A stretch of 64,000 bases of DNA from Bacilli bacterium (GCA_900755065.1 CAAEFC010000022.1:17449-81448); one strand, 5' to 3'; counted from the first letter of the stretch, positions 18,658 through 27,317 are shown. Numbers and translations: made by a program. Notes: generated by a model not told the origin, from the letters alone.

Positions 18658-19637
18658 CTCTCTTCACCTCTTTCCAGGCGGAGCCGGTCGAGAACCGACT
18701 GCTCCTTTTCGTCCAAAGGGCAACTGAATTCTTTTCCGGAAAGATACGACAGAAAACCGTCGATTTCTTTCAGCCGGATCCGGTAAGCGTGAAGGAATTG
18801 CCCGTGAAAAGTGTATTTTTCGGAAAATTCCCTGTTCAGTCCGAAATCGCCGTATTTGTCGTCGCCCAGAAGAGGGTGCTGAACGGAAGCGAAGTGAACC
18901 CGGATCTGATGCGTTCTTCCGGTGAGAAGTTGGATTTCCGCCAAAGAACACCAGCCAAAGGATTCTAATAAAGTATATTGCGTCCGCGCCGGTTTTCCTC
19001 CGTTTTTTTCGGAAACCACTTTGACGAGTGCTTTCTCCTCGTCTTTCAGAAGCGGTTTGTCGATCGTTCCCGCGGCAGGAAGAATGCCTTTGACCAAAGC
19101 GAGATAGGTTTTTTCGATTCGGGTATGTTCGCGGAAGATGTCTTCCATGGCTTGCAAAGCCCGGACGTTTTTTCCGAAAATCACCAGACCGGACGTATTC
19201 CGGTCAATCCGATGCGCCAAAGCGGGTACAAATCCGCCGGCATCGAAAGAAAATTCTCCTTTACGGTGAAGATAACTCAAAACCATATTGGTCAACGTGA
19301 TCCGTTTCTCGTTCTTATCGCCGTGAACCAGCAATCCGCGCGGCTTATTGACGATGAGAAGGTTTTCGTCCTCGTAAACCGTTTCGGGATCGACAAAGAA
19401 ACGCACTTCTCTTTTCTCTTCGGTAAAATCCGTCCACTGTCGGTCGTTCAGATAAATGTCGACGCGGTCGCCTTCTTGCAATATCCGGTTTTTTTCCTCG
19501 CGGACGGCGTTGACCTTGACATCGCGAATACGGAAAAGTTTTTCGATAAAGCCGAGAGGCGCCAGAGGAAGGACTTTCTTGACAAACTTAAAAAGCGTCT
19601 GTCCCTCTTCCGATTTTGAAATCTCAAAACTTTTCAT
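18654..19637 (-). CDS. RluA-family 23S rRNA pseudouridine synthase with S4 domain
   Basis: HRIDRNTSGLVIFGKN catalytic motif plus an S4-like N-terminus. The start is M22 of the track ORF (MKSFEISK) with SD GGAGAG. Confidence 0.85.
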   Translation of the reverse strand: MKSFEISKSEEGQTLFKFVKKVLPLAPLGFIEKLFRIRDVKVNAVREEKNRILQEGDRVDIYLNDRQWTDFTEEKREVRFFVDPETVYEDENLLIVNKPRGLLVHGDKNEKRITLTNMVLSYLHRKGEFSFDAGGFVPALAHRIDRNTSGLVIFGKNVRALQAMEDIFREHTRIEKTYLALVKGILPAAGTIDKPLLKDEEKALVKVVSEKNGGKPARTQYTLLESFGWCSLAEIQLLTGRTHQIRVHFASVQHPLLGDDKYGDFGLNREFSEKYTFHGQFLHAYRIRLKEIDGFLSYLSGKEFSCPLDEKEQSVLDRLRLERGEER

Positions 19638-19693
19638 AATCTCTCCACATTTAAGGATTATATCATAATTGTACCTTAATTTAATGGTTTTTG

Positions 19694-19722
19694 ATGACAA
19701 AGCCGAAAAAATATTGTATAAT
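19694..19722 (+). promoter_or_regulatory. sigma-A promoter for tRNA-Ser
   Basis: ATGACA, 17-nt spacer, TATAAT. The -10 box ends 12 nt before the tRNA 5' end. Confidence 0.6.
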
Positions 19723-19734
19723 CAAAAACGTTTC

Positions 19735-19825
19735 GGAGAAATACCCAAGAGGCTGAAGGGGCTGGCTTGGAAAGCTAGTAGGCGGGTAACACTGCGCGAG
19801 GGTTCAAATCCCTCTTTCTCCGCCA
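19735..19825 (+). tRNA. tRNA-Ser (anticodon GGA), CCA encoded
   Basis: Acceptor stem GGAGAAA/TTTCTCC, anticodon arm CTGGC-TTGGAAA-GCTAG, long variable arm, T-arm GAGGG-TTCAAAT-CCCTC, then GCCA. Confidence 0.92.
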
Positions 19826-20268
19826 TGAAGTGGATTTTCGTTAAAAATGGCCTGAAAAGCCACTTTTTTTCTGTTTTGGCGAAATTTTGATACAATTCCT
19901 GATACCGTTTGCGCTTTGCTTTCCTCAATTTGACTGTTGCCCATCGGGATTCGATTGGAATAGTCGAGAAGAGACTGATCGATTTCGATTTCAGAACCGA
20001 TCGGGATTTGCCTGTTCCCGTTTTTCAGATATTGATAGGGATGCTTTCCGAAAAATGCACTTCCTTTTCCCCTGACGAATCCTCGCTTACGAAGAAATAC
20101 CGACCTTATTCTTCTTGCATTTCTACCATGAAACGACTTTAAAATAAAAGAGAAAACGTTTAGAATTCTCATCAAAACCGCGCAAAAGAATCATCGGTAA
20201 CTTACCGGATATCTCCTGAAAAACAACAGAATCCTTCCCGCTTTTGTCCAAAACTTTTCCCTATCGCC

Positions 20269-20693
20269 TTGAATCGTCCGAAGAGCCTGATTTTATTGCA
20301 AAAAAGCGAGACTTCCGGACTAAACTTTACTATGAACGATTCTCTCGCAAGCAAATTGAATCAACTGAAAGCGGACGATCTCCTCTATTTCATCTTTTTA
20401 GTCGCCATCGTCATCGACATCTATGCCGACGACCAGTCCCGGAAAGAATTGTACGGAAAAAACGTCAGGGACCCGTCCGCCTTGTTCATTCTCGCGGCTT
20501 TTCTCGTTCTTTTCGTCATCGTCATGTTCGCTATCCGAAACTATCGGGAAATGCAGCGATTCCCCCCCCCGGCTCCGAAGACTACCGATTGGCAAAGACG
20601 CGCGTAATCGGAAGTCTGTTCATCGTATTCGGACAGTCTCTGGTCGTTTTTTATCTGCTGAAAAAAGGGTACATTCAGCAAGGATCGGTATAA
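20269..20693 (+). pseudogene. small 3-TM membrane protein gene interrupted by a frameshift at a C9 tract
   Basis: The frame of ORF 20269-20607 carries two TM helices. After the C9 run (20562-20570) the third TM helix (VIGSLFIVFGQSLVVFYLL) continues in the frame of ORF 20244-20693. That frame ends immediately before a perfect terminator. Confidence 0.6.
20562..20570 (+). repeat. C9 homopolymer
   Basis: The only long G/C homopolymer I saw in the window. It coincides exactly with the frame switch. Confidence 0.9.
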
Positions 20694-20717
20694 AAAAACT
20701 GTCTTCCGACAGTTTTT
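20694..20717. terminator. bidirectional terminator
   Basis: AAAAACTGTC-ttcc-GACAGTTTTT between convergent genes. Confidence 0.8.
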
Positions 20718-20720
20718 CGA

Positions 20721-21152
20721 TCAATTTTCCGTTTCGGTTGCGTTCGGCTCTGCTTCCAACTGCGCTTCAAAGCGGCGGACGTTCTGCTCGCGCAATTTCC
20801 GCGCCCGGTCTTTTTTACTGACCGCATCCTGCCGATTGGAAGAAACCAGCAAGACGATGAGCAAGAAAACCAGACCGATCAGCATGACGACCAGACCGGT
20901 CAAAGAAAAACTCTTCAACGAATATCCGCTCCACCAGGTATTGACCCACGCGAAGAAATTATCCTGCGCTTCAATCAGAAAGTACAGCGGACTCTTTTTG
21001 AAATTTCCCGAAATCGAATCGATAATCGCGCCAAGAATCATAAAAACGATTCCGCCTAAGAAAACCGCGGAAGCCAGAGAAGTCCAAATGATCTCGGCTA
21101 TCTTATTGCCCAATTCCTTTTTTTCACGGGCTGTTCTGAATTTTCTTGCCAT
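20721..21152 (-). CDS. hypothetical membrane protein (2-3 TM, charged C-terminal tail)
   Basis: SD GAGGTG, hydrophobic segments, K/R/E-rich tail. No family recognised. Confidence 0.65.
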   Translation of the reverse strand: MARKFRTAREKKELGNKIAEIIWTSLASAVFLGGIVFMILGAIIDSISGNFKKSPLYFLIEAQDNFFAWVNTWWSGYSLKSFSLTGLVVMLIGLVFLLIVLLVSSNRQDAVSKKDRARKLREQNVRRFEAQLEAEPNATETEN

Positions 21153-21185
21153 ATTTTCACCTCGTTTTTATGTTCTTTGTCAAAT

Positions 21186-22052
21186 TTATTGCTCTTTATT
21201 CTCCGCGTTCTGTTGCGCCCGGGCCTGACGCAATCCCTGTTCGTAGCCCACTAATTCGTTCCACAGGTTGTTATAGGCGGTTCTCCAAGGAAGTTCTCTT
21301 TGCGAGAGGATCTGAACGTAGTTGTTGTGGACCGCGTCGATTTCGCCCTTCATGCCGTTGTTATTCGGTAACGGTTTGGAACCTTCCATATAATTCAGGC
21401 AGGTGAAATTCTGCTGGTACGCTTCTTCGTAAACCGTATCTTCCTTGTTCGCGTGTTCGTGGACGAACTTCGTGTAGCCGACCAATTTTTTCATATCGTT
21501 GATGACGAAATTGGATTGCGGAGATGGTTTCCCTCCGTTGTCGTGCATCGCTTTGTTGAATTCCACAAATTCCTTATGCGTCAGATCGAAGATGATCAGG
21601 GAAGACAGAACCCGGTAAAAGGCATCGTCCAAAGCGATCAGGTTTTCCAGAGAGGCTTCCAGATTTCCCGCTTGTTTGGAGTTTTCCGCAAACTTTTTGA
21701 CGATGTCCATCAAGGTTTCTCTCAAACCGACGATATAGTCGAGGGCTTTCAGATCCTGCGCGTGATCGACGATCAGATTGCCGTTTTCGATCGTCAGATA
21801 GGTCGATTCGTCGCTATACGCGAATTCGACGAAATCGTTGAGGTTCGAACGGATTTTTTCTCCTACTTCTCCGTTCTGGGACAGGAAATGCGACAGAGGC
21901 GAGTTTTCTTCCAGTCCGTGCGCGATGATCTGCTTTCGCTGATTGTAAAAGTTCACATCGTGGTTCGGTCTCCCCTGCACGTACTCCAAGGTATCCCTGA
22001 CCATTAAGGAAACCTGATAGATTCCCATTATAAATCTTGTTGCATCATTCAT
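21186..22052 (-). CDS. hypothetical helical cytoplasmic protein, His-rich
   Basis: The start is taken at M9 (MNDATRF) with SD AAGGAG. No family recognised. Confidence 0.65.
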   Translation of the reverse strand: MNDATRFIMGIYQVSLMVRDTLEYVQGRPNHDVNFYNQRKQIIAHGLEENSPLSHFLSQNGEVGEKIRSNLNDFVEFAYSDESTYLTIENGNLIVDHAQDLKALDYIVGLRETLMDIVKKFAENSKQAGNLEASLENLIALDDAFYRVLSSLIIFDLTHKEFVEFNKAMHDNGGKPSPQSNFVINDMKKLVGYTKFVHEHANKEDTVYEEAYQQNFTCLNYMEGSKPLPNNNGMKGEIDAVHNNYVQILSQRELPWRTAYNNLWNELVGYEQGLRQARAQQNAENKEQ

Positions 22053-22066
22053 TTTTTTCTTCTCCT

Positions 22067-22906
22067 TTAACTGCAATACTTTTTCAGATCGGCGACGCTT
22101 TCAACGACGACTTTCGCCTCTTTTTTCACTTCGTCCGGTGCGTGTTTCATCACGTAACTGTTCGGAAAACTTCTGAACATCGAAACATCGTTCCCCGAAT
22201 CGCCCACGACCATGATTTCGTCGTCCTCGATCGCGGATTTTCTCAGAATCTGTTTGAGCACGACGGCTTTCGTGACTCCCTTTCTGACGAATTCCACAGC
22301 GTCTTTCGACCAGGTGATTTCAAATTGATCACCGACGGATTCTGAATATCTGATCGAAGCCCGCCGCGCTTGTTCGTTTCGGTTTTTCTGCAATCCGTAC
22401 CAAGGCATGATTTTGTAGATTTTGACGTCTTTTTCATTCAGCATCCGCAAAACCTTTTCTTTCCCGAAAACATAAGGTTCGTTGTACACGCCCTGCGCTT
22501 TCATGCCGATCTTTCCGAGCAGTCTTTCGACAGGGTTGAGTGGTGAATCATCAAGTATTATATTGTATTTGTCAGTAAAAATCAAAATAGATTTGACTTT
22601 TTTATCCTTTTCCAATAAAGAATACAACTTTTTCGCATTTTCCGCATCGATCGGATTCTCGATGACATTGATCCCGTTGTCGTTGACGTAGGCTCCGTTG
22701 CAGCCGACGATCGTCAGATTGTCGGTCTGAATCCGTTTCGCCACTTTGCTGCTCACGTAACGGTTTCGCCCCGTCACCAGAATAATTTTTTTGCCTTCCG
22801 CGATCATTTCTTTCAAAAATGCGACATTTTTCGACTTCATCAGGCGTAACTTTCTTTTCGGATAAAAAAGCGTGCCGTCCAGATCCGTCACAATTGCCTT
22901 GATCAT
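22067..22906 (-). CDS. Cof-type HAD-IIB hydrolase
   Basis: MIKAIVTDLDGTLF, GRN, and GDSGNDVSM motifs. Confidence 0.85.
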   Translation of the reverse strand: MIKAIVTDLDGTLFYPKRKLRLMKSKNVAFLKEMIAEGKKIILVTGRNRYVSSKVAKRIQTDNLTIVGCNGAYVNDNGINVIENPIDAENAKKLYSLLEKDKKVKSILIFTDKYNIILDDSPLNPVERLLGKIGMKAQGVYNEPYVFGKEKVLRMLNEKDVKIYKIMPWYGLQKNRNEQARRASIRYSESVGDQFEITWSKDAVEFVRKGVTKAVVLKQILRKSAIEDDEIMVVGDSGNDVSMFRSFPNSYVMKHAPDEVKKEAKVVVESVADLKKYCS

Positions 22907-23054
22907 CCCTAATCACCGATAGATATTATAATCAAATCAAAAACAGAAATCCATCAAACTGATCGATTCTGTCAATTTTATGCAAAAGAAACCCGCGAGT
23001 CGTTCGGGACTCCTTTCACTTCGTGAAAAACCGAGTCCGAAAAGAGCAAAGGAC

Positions 23055-24011
23055 TCAACGGAGGAACGGACGGAAATAGCGGTTCAGGAGCAATTGGCGG
23101 ATCAGCAAACCTTGCGAAGCCGTGATCGAAAAGGAAAGGCATTGCTTATCGATCTGAAAGTTTTTGATGAAAATATGGTGTTTTTTAAACAGCGCGTCCA
23201 ATTCTTCGCACAGCGTTTCGGGGTGAAAAGCGGCGATCTTATACAGATTGTTGCTGAGATTGAATCCTAAAATCGGATAACCGCAGGAAACGCGGGAGAT
23301 CGTCGTATAGCGTTCGTTCAAATTGAAATTCCGCACGATCAGACGGATTTCCTGCTCTTCGGCTCTTTTGACCGCTTCGCGGTTGATGATCGGGTAGCCG
23401 ATGTCGCAAAGCGCCAGCGCTTCCTCGTATGACAGGTATTCAAAGCAGTTCTGCTTCGTCAGAGGATATTGGATTGTCGGATACACGCCGTCGACGTCTT
23501 TGAACAACGTAACCTCCTTTTCGTCCAGCATTTCCCCAATCAGAACCGCCGAATAATCCGAAGTGCCCCTTCCGAGCGTAATCACTTCGTATTCACTGGA
23601 TTTGGCGATAAAACCCGGCACGATAACGACTTGATACCGACTGATAATCGACTTGATTTTTTCTCTGCTCAGCGAAGTGATCGTTCCTTTTCCGTATTGT
23701 TTATCGCAAATCAGACCGATTTCGCGATAAGACAGACTGTATGCCTGAATGTGCTGTTTGTTCAGTTCGTTGGAAAAGAGGAGCGCGGAGTACGTTTCTC
23801 CAAGAGAAAGCAGGCGATCCATTTCCTTAGGGCTTAAACAGGAGCCTTTCAGCGATTCGATCAAGGTCTCCGTCGCATAGGGAAATCCTTTTCTTCCGAT
23901 TGCCGAGAGAACGACCACCATCTTCTCGTCCGCCTTCCGGATCATATCGACGGCGTTATTCATCAGGGTCGGAGTTTGCAAAGCCGTCCCACCAAATTTA
24001 ATAATCTTCAA
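23055..24011 (-). CDS. amino-acid kinase family protein, aspartokinase-like, short (318 aa)
   Basis: MKIIKFGGTAL...VVVLSA...VVIVPGF...LGRGTSD kinase motifs. The C-terminal region is only about 90 aa. Confidence 0.6.
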   Translation of the reverse strand: MKIIKFGGTALQTPTLMNNAVDMIRKADEKMVVVLSAIGRKGFPYATETLIESLKGSCLSPKEMDRLLSLGETYSALLFSNELNKQHIQAYSLSYREIGLICDKQYGKGTITSLSREKIKSIISRYQVVIVPGFIAKSSEYEVITLGRGTSDYSAVLIGEMLDEKEVTLFKDVDGVYPTIQYPLTKQNCFEYLSYEEALALCDIGYPIINREAVKRAEEQEIRLIVRNFNLNERYTTISRVSCGYPILGFNLSNNLYKIAAFHPETLCEELDALFKKHHIFIKNFQIDKQCLSFSITASQGLLIRQLLLNRYFRPFLR

Positions 24012-24144
24012 ATGAAATGCCCCTTTCTTTTTCCATAACGGATTCAGCGGAAATTCAGTAACGGAACAGCGCTTTTCTCTTCGATTTTCAAGCGGAATTC
24101 AGTCGTTTTTCAGTCCGTCATCATTCAAGAATATGTAAAAAGGG

Positions 24145-24170
24145 CAAAAAAAAGAAGCGGAGGTCCGCTT
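24145..24170 (-). terminator. rho-independent terminator after hpf
   Basis: Minus-strand hairpin GAAGCGG-acct-CCGCTTC followed by U8. Confidence 0.75.
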
Positions 24171-24179
24171 CTTTATCGT

Positions 24180-24719
24180 TTATTTTTCGCGCGCCTGAAT
24201 GACGCCGTAACCGCCGTCGTAACGCTTGTAGACGACGGAAGTCATCTCGTCCTCCGAGTCCTTATAAAGGAAAAAACTGTGTCCGAGAGCCTCCATCCTA
24301 GTGATGGCCTCTTCGATATCCATCGGTTCGAGGTAGACTTCCTTGGCTCTGACCATTTCGTCGTTTTCATCGTCCTCTTCGTTGACAATATTCTCGAACG
24401 CGATCGATTCGCCGAGACTTTCTTTGTGCCGGCGGCACAGTTTGGTTTTCAGTTTTCGCATCTGACCTTCGAGTTTATCGATGGCCAGATCGACCGCGGC
24501 GTAAAAATCGTCCGCCGTGACCTCTACGCGAAAATCCATCATTTTGGTGTGAATCGTGATTTCGATTTTCTGCGCGGTTTTATACGTGCGGGCAAGAACC
24601 TTCGCCACCACTTCGTCGGTAATGACAAAGTATTTGTCCATTCTGGAAAGTTTTTCTTCCACCGCATTCCGCATGGCCTCGGTAATGACAATGTTCTTTC
24701 CAACGATCTGACATCTCAT
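24180..24719 (-). CDS. hpf: ribosome hibernation promoting factor (long HPF)
   Basis: S30AE N-terminal domain (IVGKNI.ITEAMR..VEEKL.R..KYF) plus the C-terminal dimerisation domain (FFLY.D..........VYKR.DGGYG.I). Confidence 0.88.
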   Translation of the reverse strand: MRCQIVGKNIVITEAMRNAVEEKLSRMDKYFVITDEVVAKVLARTYKTAQKIEITIHTKMMDFRVEVTADDFYAAVDLAIDKLEGQMRKLKTKLCRRHKESLGESIAFENIVNEEDDENDEMVRAKEVYLEPMDIEEAITRMEALGHSFFLYKDSEDEMTSVVYKRYDGGYGVIQAREK

Positions 24720-24861
24720 AATAATAGTCTCCTTTCGTTTAATATTAGAGTGCGTAGTTTTCCTACGCTACTATTATAAGGCCAAAAAAAGAAAAAAAGT
24801 AGTCTAGTATTCTCCGTCGGATTATCATATAATGATAGATGGTCAAGACTACTTTAAAAAT

Positions 24862-26028
24862 TTATCCGTTTTGCAATAATTCTTTGATTTTTTCCACCTG
24901 GTCGAGCCGTTCCCAAGGGCAATCCACGTCCGGCCGTCCGAAGTGGCCGTAAGAGGCCAGATCCGCATAGCGGAACGGCGGTTCGGTCAGGCTGAATTTT
25001 TTGATGATCGCGGCCGGTCTCAGATCGAACAGGCGGCGAATGATTTCCAGAATCCGGGTTTCCGGATAAGCGGACGTATGGAACGTGTCGACCGAAACCG
25101 ACAGGGGTTCGCTTTCCCCGATCGCGTAACTCAACTGTACTTCGATCTTGTCGGCCACGCCGGCCGCGCACAGGTTTTTCGCCACGTATCGCGCCGCGTA
25201 AGCCGCAGAACGATCCACTTTGGACGGATCTTTTCCGGAGAAAGAACCTCCCCCGTGTTTTCCCACGCCGCCGTAGGTGTCGACGATGATTTTTCTTCCC
25301 GTCAGCCCGGTGTCTCCCGCCGGTCCGCCAATGACGAACCGCCCGGTCGGGTTGATCAGGACCTTGTAATCGTTGTCGAATCCGTACGACTTCGCGACGA
25401 CATCGATAATCCGATGCTCGATAAACGCTTTGAACGCTTTCAGATCGATGTCCGGCTCATGCTGAATCGACATCAGAACCGTATCGATCTTTGTTTTTCC
25501 GCCCGTATAATCGATGGTTACCTGCGATTTCATATCCGGACGGGCGCCCGGAAAGAGTCCGCTTTTTCTCAGATTCGAAGCGTATCGCACCAGTTTATGA
25601 GCGATGCCGATGCCTAAGGGCATGTAATTCTCGGTTTCGTTGCAGGCGTAACCGAACATGATGCCCTGATCGCCCGCGCCGATTTCTTCGCTGTTTTCGC
25701 GGACGACGCCCTGATTGATGTCCGGCGACTGCTCCTTGATCAGATTCAGAATCCGGCAATGCGCGCCGTCGATGCCCTTTTCGTCGGAGTCGTAACCGAT
25801 CGAAAGCAGGACATTCCGCGCGATGGCTTCGTAATCGACTTTGGCTTTCGTCGTGATTTCACCGCCGATGATCAGAAAATCGGTCGTAACGAAACACTCG
25901 CAAGCCACATGTGAATGAGGATCGTCTTTCAGGCAGGCGTCGAGAATCGCATCGCTGATCTGATCGCAGATCTTATCCGGATGCCCTTCGGAAACCGATT
26001 CGGACGTAAACAAAATTTTTTCCTGCAT
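24862..26028 (-). CDS. metK: S-adenosylmethionine synthase
   Basis: FTSESVSEGHPDK, GAGDQG and GGGSFSGKD motifs. The start is M18 of the track ORF, with SD AGAGGT. Confidence 0.93.
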   Translation of the reverse strand: MQEKILFTSESVSEGHPDKICDQISDAILDACLKDDPHSHVACECFVTTDFLIIGGEITTKAKVDYEAIARNVLLSIGYDSDEKGIDGAHCRILNLIKEQSPDINQGVVRENSEEIGAGDQGIMFGYACNETENYMPLGIGIAHKLVRYASNLRKSGLFPGARPDMKSQVTIDYTGGKTKIDTVLMSIQHEPDIDLKAFKAFIEHRIIDVVAKSYGFDNDYKVLINPTGRFVIGGPAGDTGLTGRKIIVDTYGGVGKHGGGSFSGKDPSKVDRSAAYAARYVAKNLCAAGVADKIEVQLSYAIGESEPLSVSVDTFHTSAYPETRILEIIRRLFDLRPAAIIKKFSLTEPPFRYADLASYGHFGRPDVDCPWERLDQVEKIKELLQNG

Positions 26029-26050
26029 AATGACTACCTCTTTCAAAAGA

Positions 26051-26224
26051 TTATTCTTTTTTCTTTTCTTCTTCTTCAAATTCGATCAGGTTGATTTTAT
26101 TCATCAGGATTTCGCTCGGAGTAACTCCGGAAATCTTTTCGATAATGTCAAAATCCAGTCCCATTTCGAACAAAGTATCCGCAATCTGAAACTGCGCTTT
26201 CTTTTTCTTTGATTTCACATTCAT
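26051..26224 (-). CDS. hypothetical 57-aa protein (basic N-terminus, helical core, acidic tail)
   Basis: Below the track length cutoff. My translation is MNVKSKKKKAQFQIADTLFEMGLDFDIIEKISGVTPSEILMNKINLIEFEEEEKKKE. An SD-like AAGGT lies upstream, and the ORF ends 22 nt before the metK start. Confidence 0.4.
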   Translation of the reverse strand: MNVKSKKKKAQFQIADTLFEMGLDFDIIEKISGVTPSEILMNKINLIEFEEEEKKKE

Positions 26225-26270
26225 CACCATACCTTAAAGTATGAGCGACAAATCCATTTCTATACTTAAA

Positions 26271-26516
26271 TTATTCGATCGTTTTCAGCGCTTTGGCGAT
26301 CTGATCCGGACAGGAAGTGGATTTCATTCCGCACCGGATTCCTTCCAGGCGCGAGATGACTTCCCCGATGTCCATACCGACCAGAAGCGAACTGATTCCC
26401 TGCAAATTGCCGGAACAACCTCCGATCACCTTGACCGAAACGATTTTCCCGTTCTCGTGATCGATGAGAATCTGCCTCGAACAAACTCCCGACGGCGTGT
26501 AAACCAGATGCTCCAT
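26271..26516 (-). CDS. TSCPD-domain protein (TIGR03905-like)
   Basis: 81 aa reading MEHLVYTPSGVCS..I.......I..V...GGCSGNLQGIS.L..GM....VI..L.GI.CG.K.TSCPDQ.AKAL. The start is M94 of the 174-aa track ORF. Confidence 0.8.
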   Translation of the reverse strand: MEHLVYTPSGVCSRQILIDHENGKIVSVKVIGGCSGNLQGISSLLVGMDIGEVISRLEGIRCGMKSTSCPDQIAKALKTIE

Positions 26517-27088
26517 CAGCGGACGATTTCTCCCATCACCGTTCCCGACAGCGCGCCCGCGTTGGACTCGTCGGTATCGATGTGCATCGCCAGCGCATAA
26601 GTCGGGCTGACTCGGACGACCGTGTCGTGGAATGTCAGGTTTCTGCCCGTCTCGTTGACGACTTTCACGCTGACGACATCCTTGTCTTTCACGCCGAATT
26701 CTTCCGCGTCTTCGGGAGTCATGTGAATGTGTCTCTTGGCAATGATGACGCCTTCTTCGATCGTCACTTCGCCGCACGGACCGACCAGCCGACAACCGGC
26801 GCTTCCCTTGATGTCGCCCGATTCTCTCACGGGCGCGACCACGCCGATCGTACGGGCATCGGTGAACGACAACTCAACCTGATTGTCCTTTCTGACCGGG
26901 CCGAGAATCGAGCAGTTGAGCATTCCTCTTTCTCCGATCACCTGAACTTTCTGCGCCGAAGCGAATTGCCCCGGTTGGGAAAGCATCTTCTTGACGCTGA
27001 GTTCCGCGCCTTCGCCGAAAAGAATTTCCAACGTCGCCTGATTGACGTGAACGTGTCTGGCACTGGTTTCGATTACAAACTGTTTCAT
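26516..27088 (-). CDS. pduL: phosphate propanoyl/acetyl-transferase PduL
   Basis: Duplicated PduL motifs SARHVHV and AKRHIHM, 190 aa. Confidence 0.85.
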   Translation of the reverse strand: MKQFVIETSARHVHVNQATLEILFGEGAELSVKKMLSQPGQFASAQKVQVIGERGMLNCSILGPVRKDNQVELSFTDARTIGVVAPVRESGDIKGSAGCRLVGPCGEVTIEEGVIIAKRHIHMTPEDAEEFGVKDKDVVSVKVVNETGRNLTFHDTVVRVSPTYALAMHIDTDESNAGALSGTVMGEIVR

Positions 27089-27124
27089 AACTCCTCCGTT
27101 ATCCTTCTGTTTTTTTGCATATTC

Positions 27125-27153
27125 ATTCTACTCTTCGGGACGCTTTTTGTCTA
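27125..27153 (-). promoter_or_regulatory. candidate promoter for the pduL operon
   Basis: Minus strand TAGACA, 17-nt spacer, TAGAAT. The -10 box ends about 37 nt upstream of the ATG. Confidence 0.4.
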
Positions 27154-27288
27154 GTCAAAAGTGACGGAGGAAAGAAAGAGAAACGATCGGTCGGAACCCG
27201 GAATGGTTTTTTCCGCATGAAGCCGGCAAAGGGCGGTTTCCCTTTTTCGTGAAAGCGTTTCCAAAACAGAAGCAAAGCCAAATGCCTG

Positions 27289-27317
27289 TTTTCAAGTGCC
27301 GGAATATATGTTAAAAT
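27289..27317 (+). promoter_or_regulatory. candidate promoter for the ABC exporter operon
   Basis: TTTTCA, 17-nt spacer, TAAAAT, with a TGn extended -10. Confidence 0.4.

Noticed and set aside
17662-18786. Very long antisense 'shadow' ORFs. They include this 374-aa one, 27874-29088 (404 aa), 34095-35213 (372 aa), 50291-51322 (343 aa), 55113-56315 (400 aa), 61848-63029 (393 aa), and many of 100-280 aa.
   Set aside because: Each lies exactly opposite a gene with clear family motifs. Each translates to low-complexity R/F/D/V/I-rich sequence with no motifs and no SD. They are explained by codon usage that appears by eye to avoid TTA, CTA and TCA, which removes stops from the antisense frame.
19804-20175. 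123-aa ORF downstream of tRNA-Ser, considered as an integrase or transposase remnant.
   Set aside because: It overlaps the tRNA 3' end, is Arg/Lys-rich with no recombinase motifs (no R..H..R..Y pattern), and has no SD. I could not assign it to any family.
27223-27302. Three-way-junction-like fold (CCGGCA/TGCCGG closing stem, AAGGG/CCCTT and AAAACAG/CTGTTTT hairpins) between pduL and the ABC operon.
   Set aside because: It lies between the two best divergent promoter candidates (27125-27153 minus strand, 27289-27317 plus strand). It would therefore probably not be transcribed as a leader of either operon, and it matches no riboswitch consensus I know.
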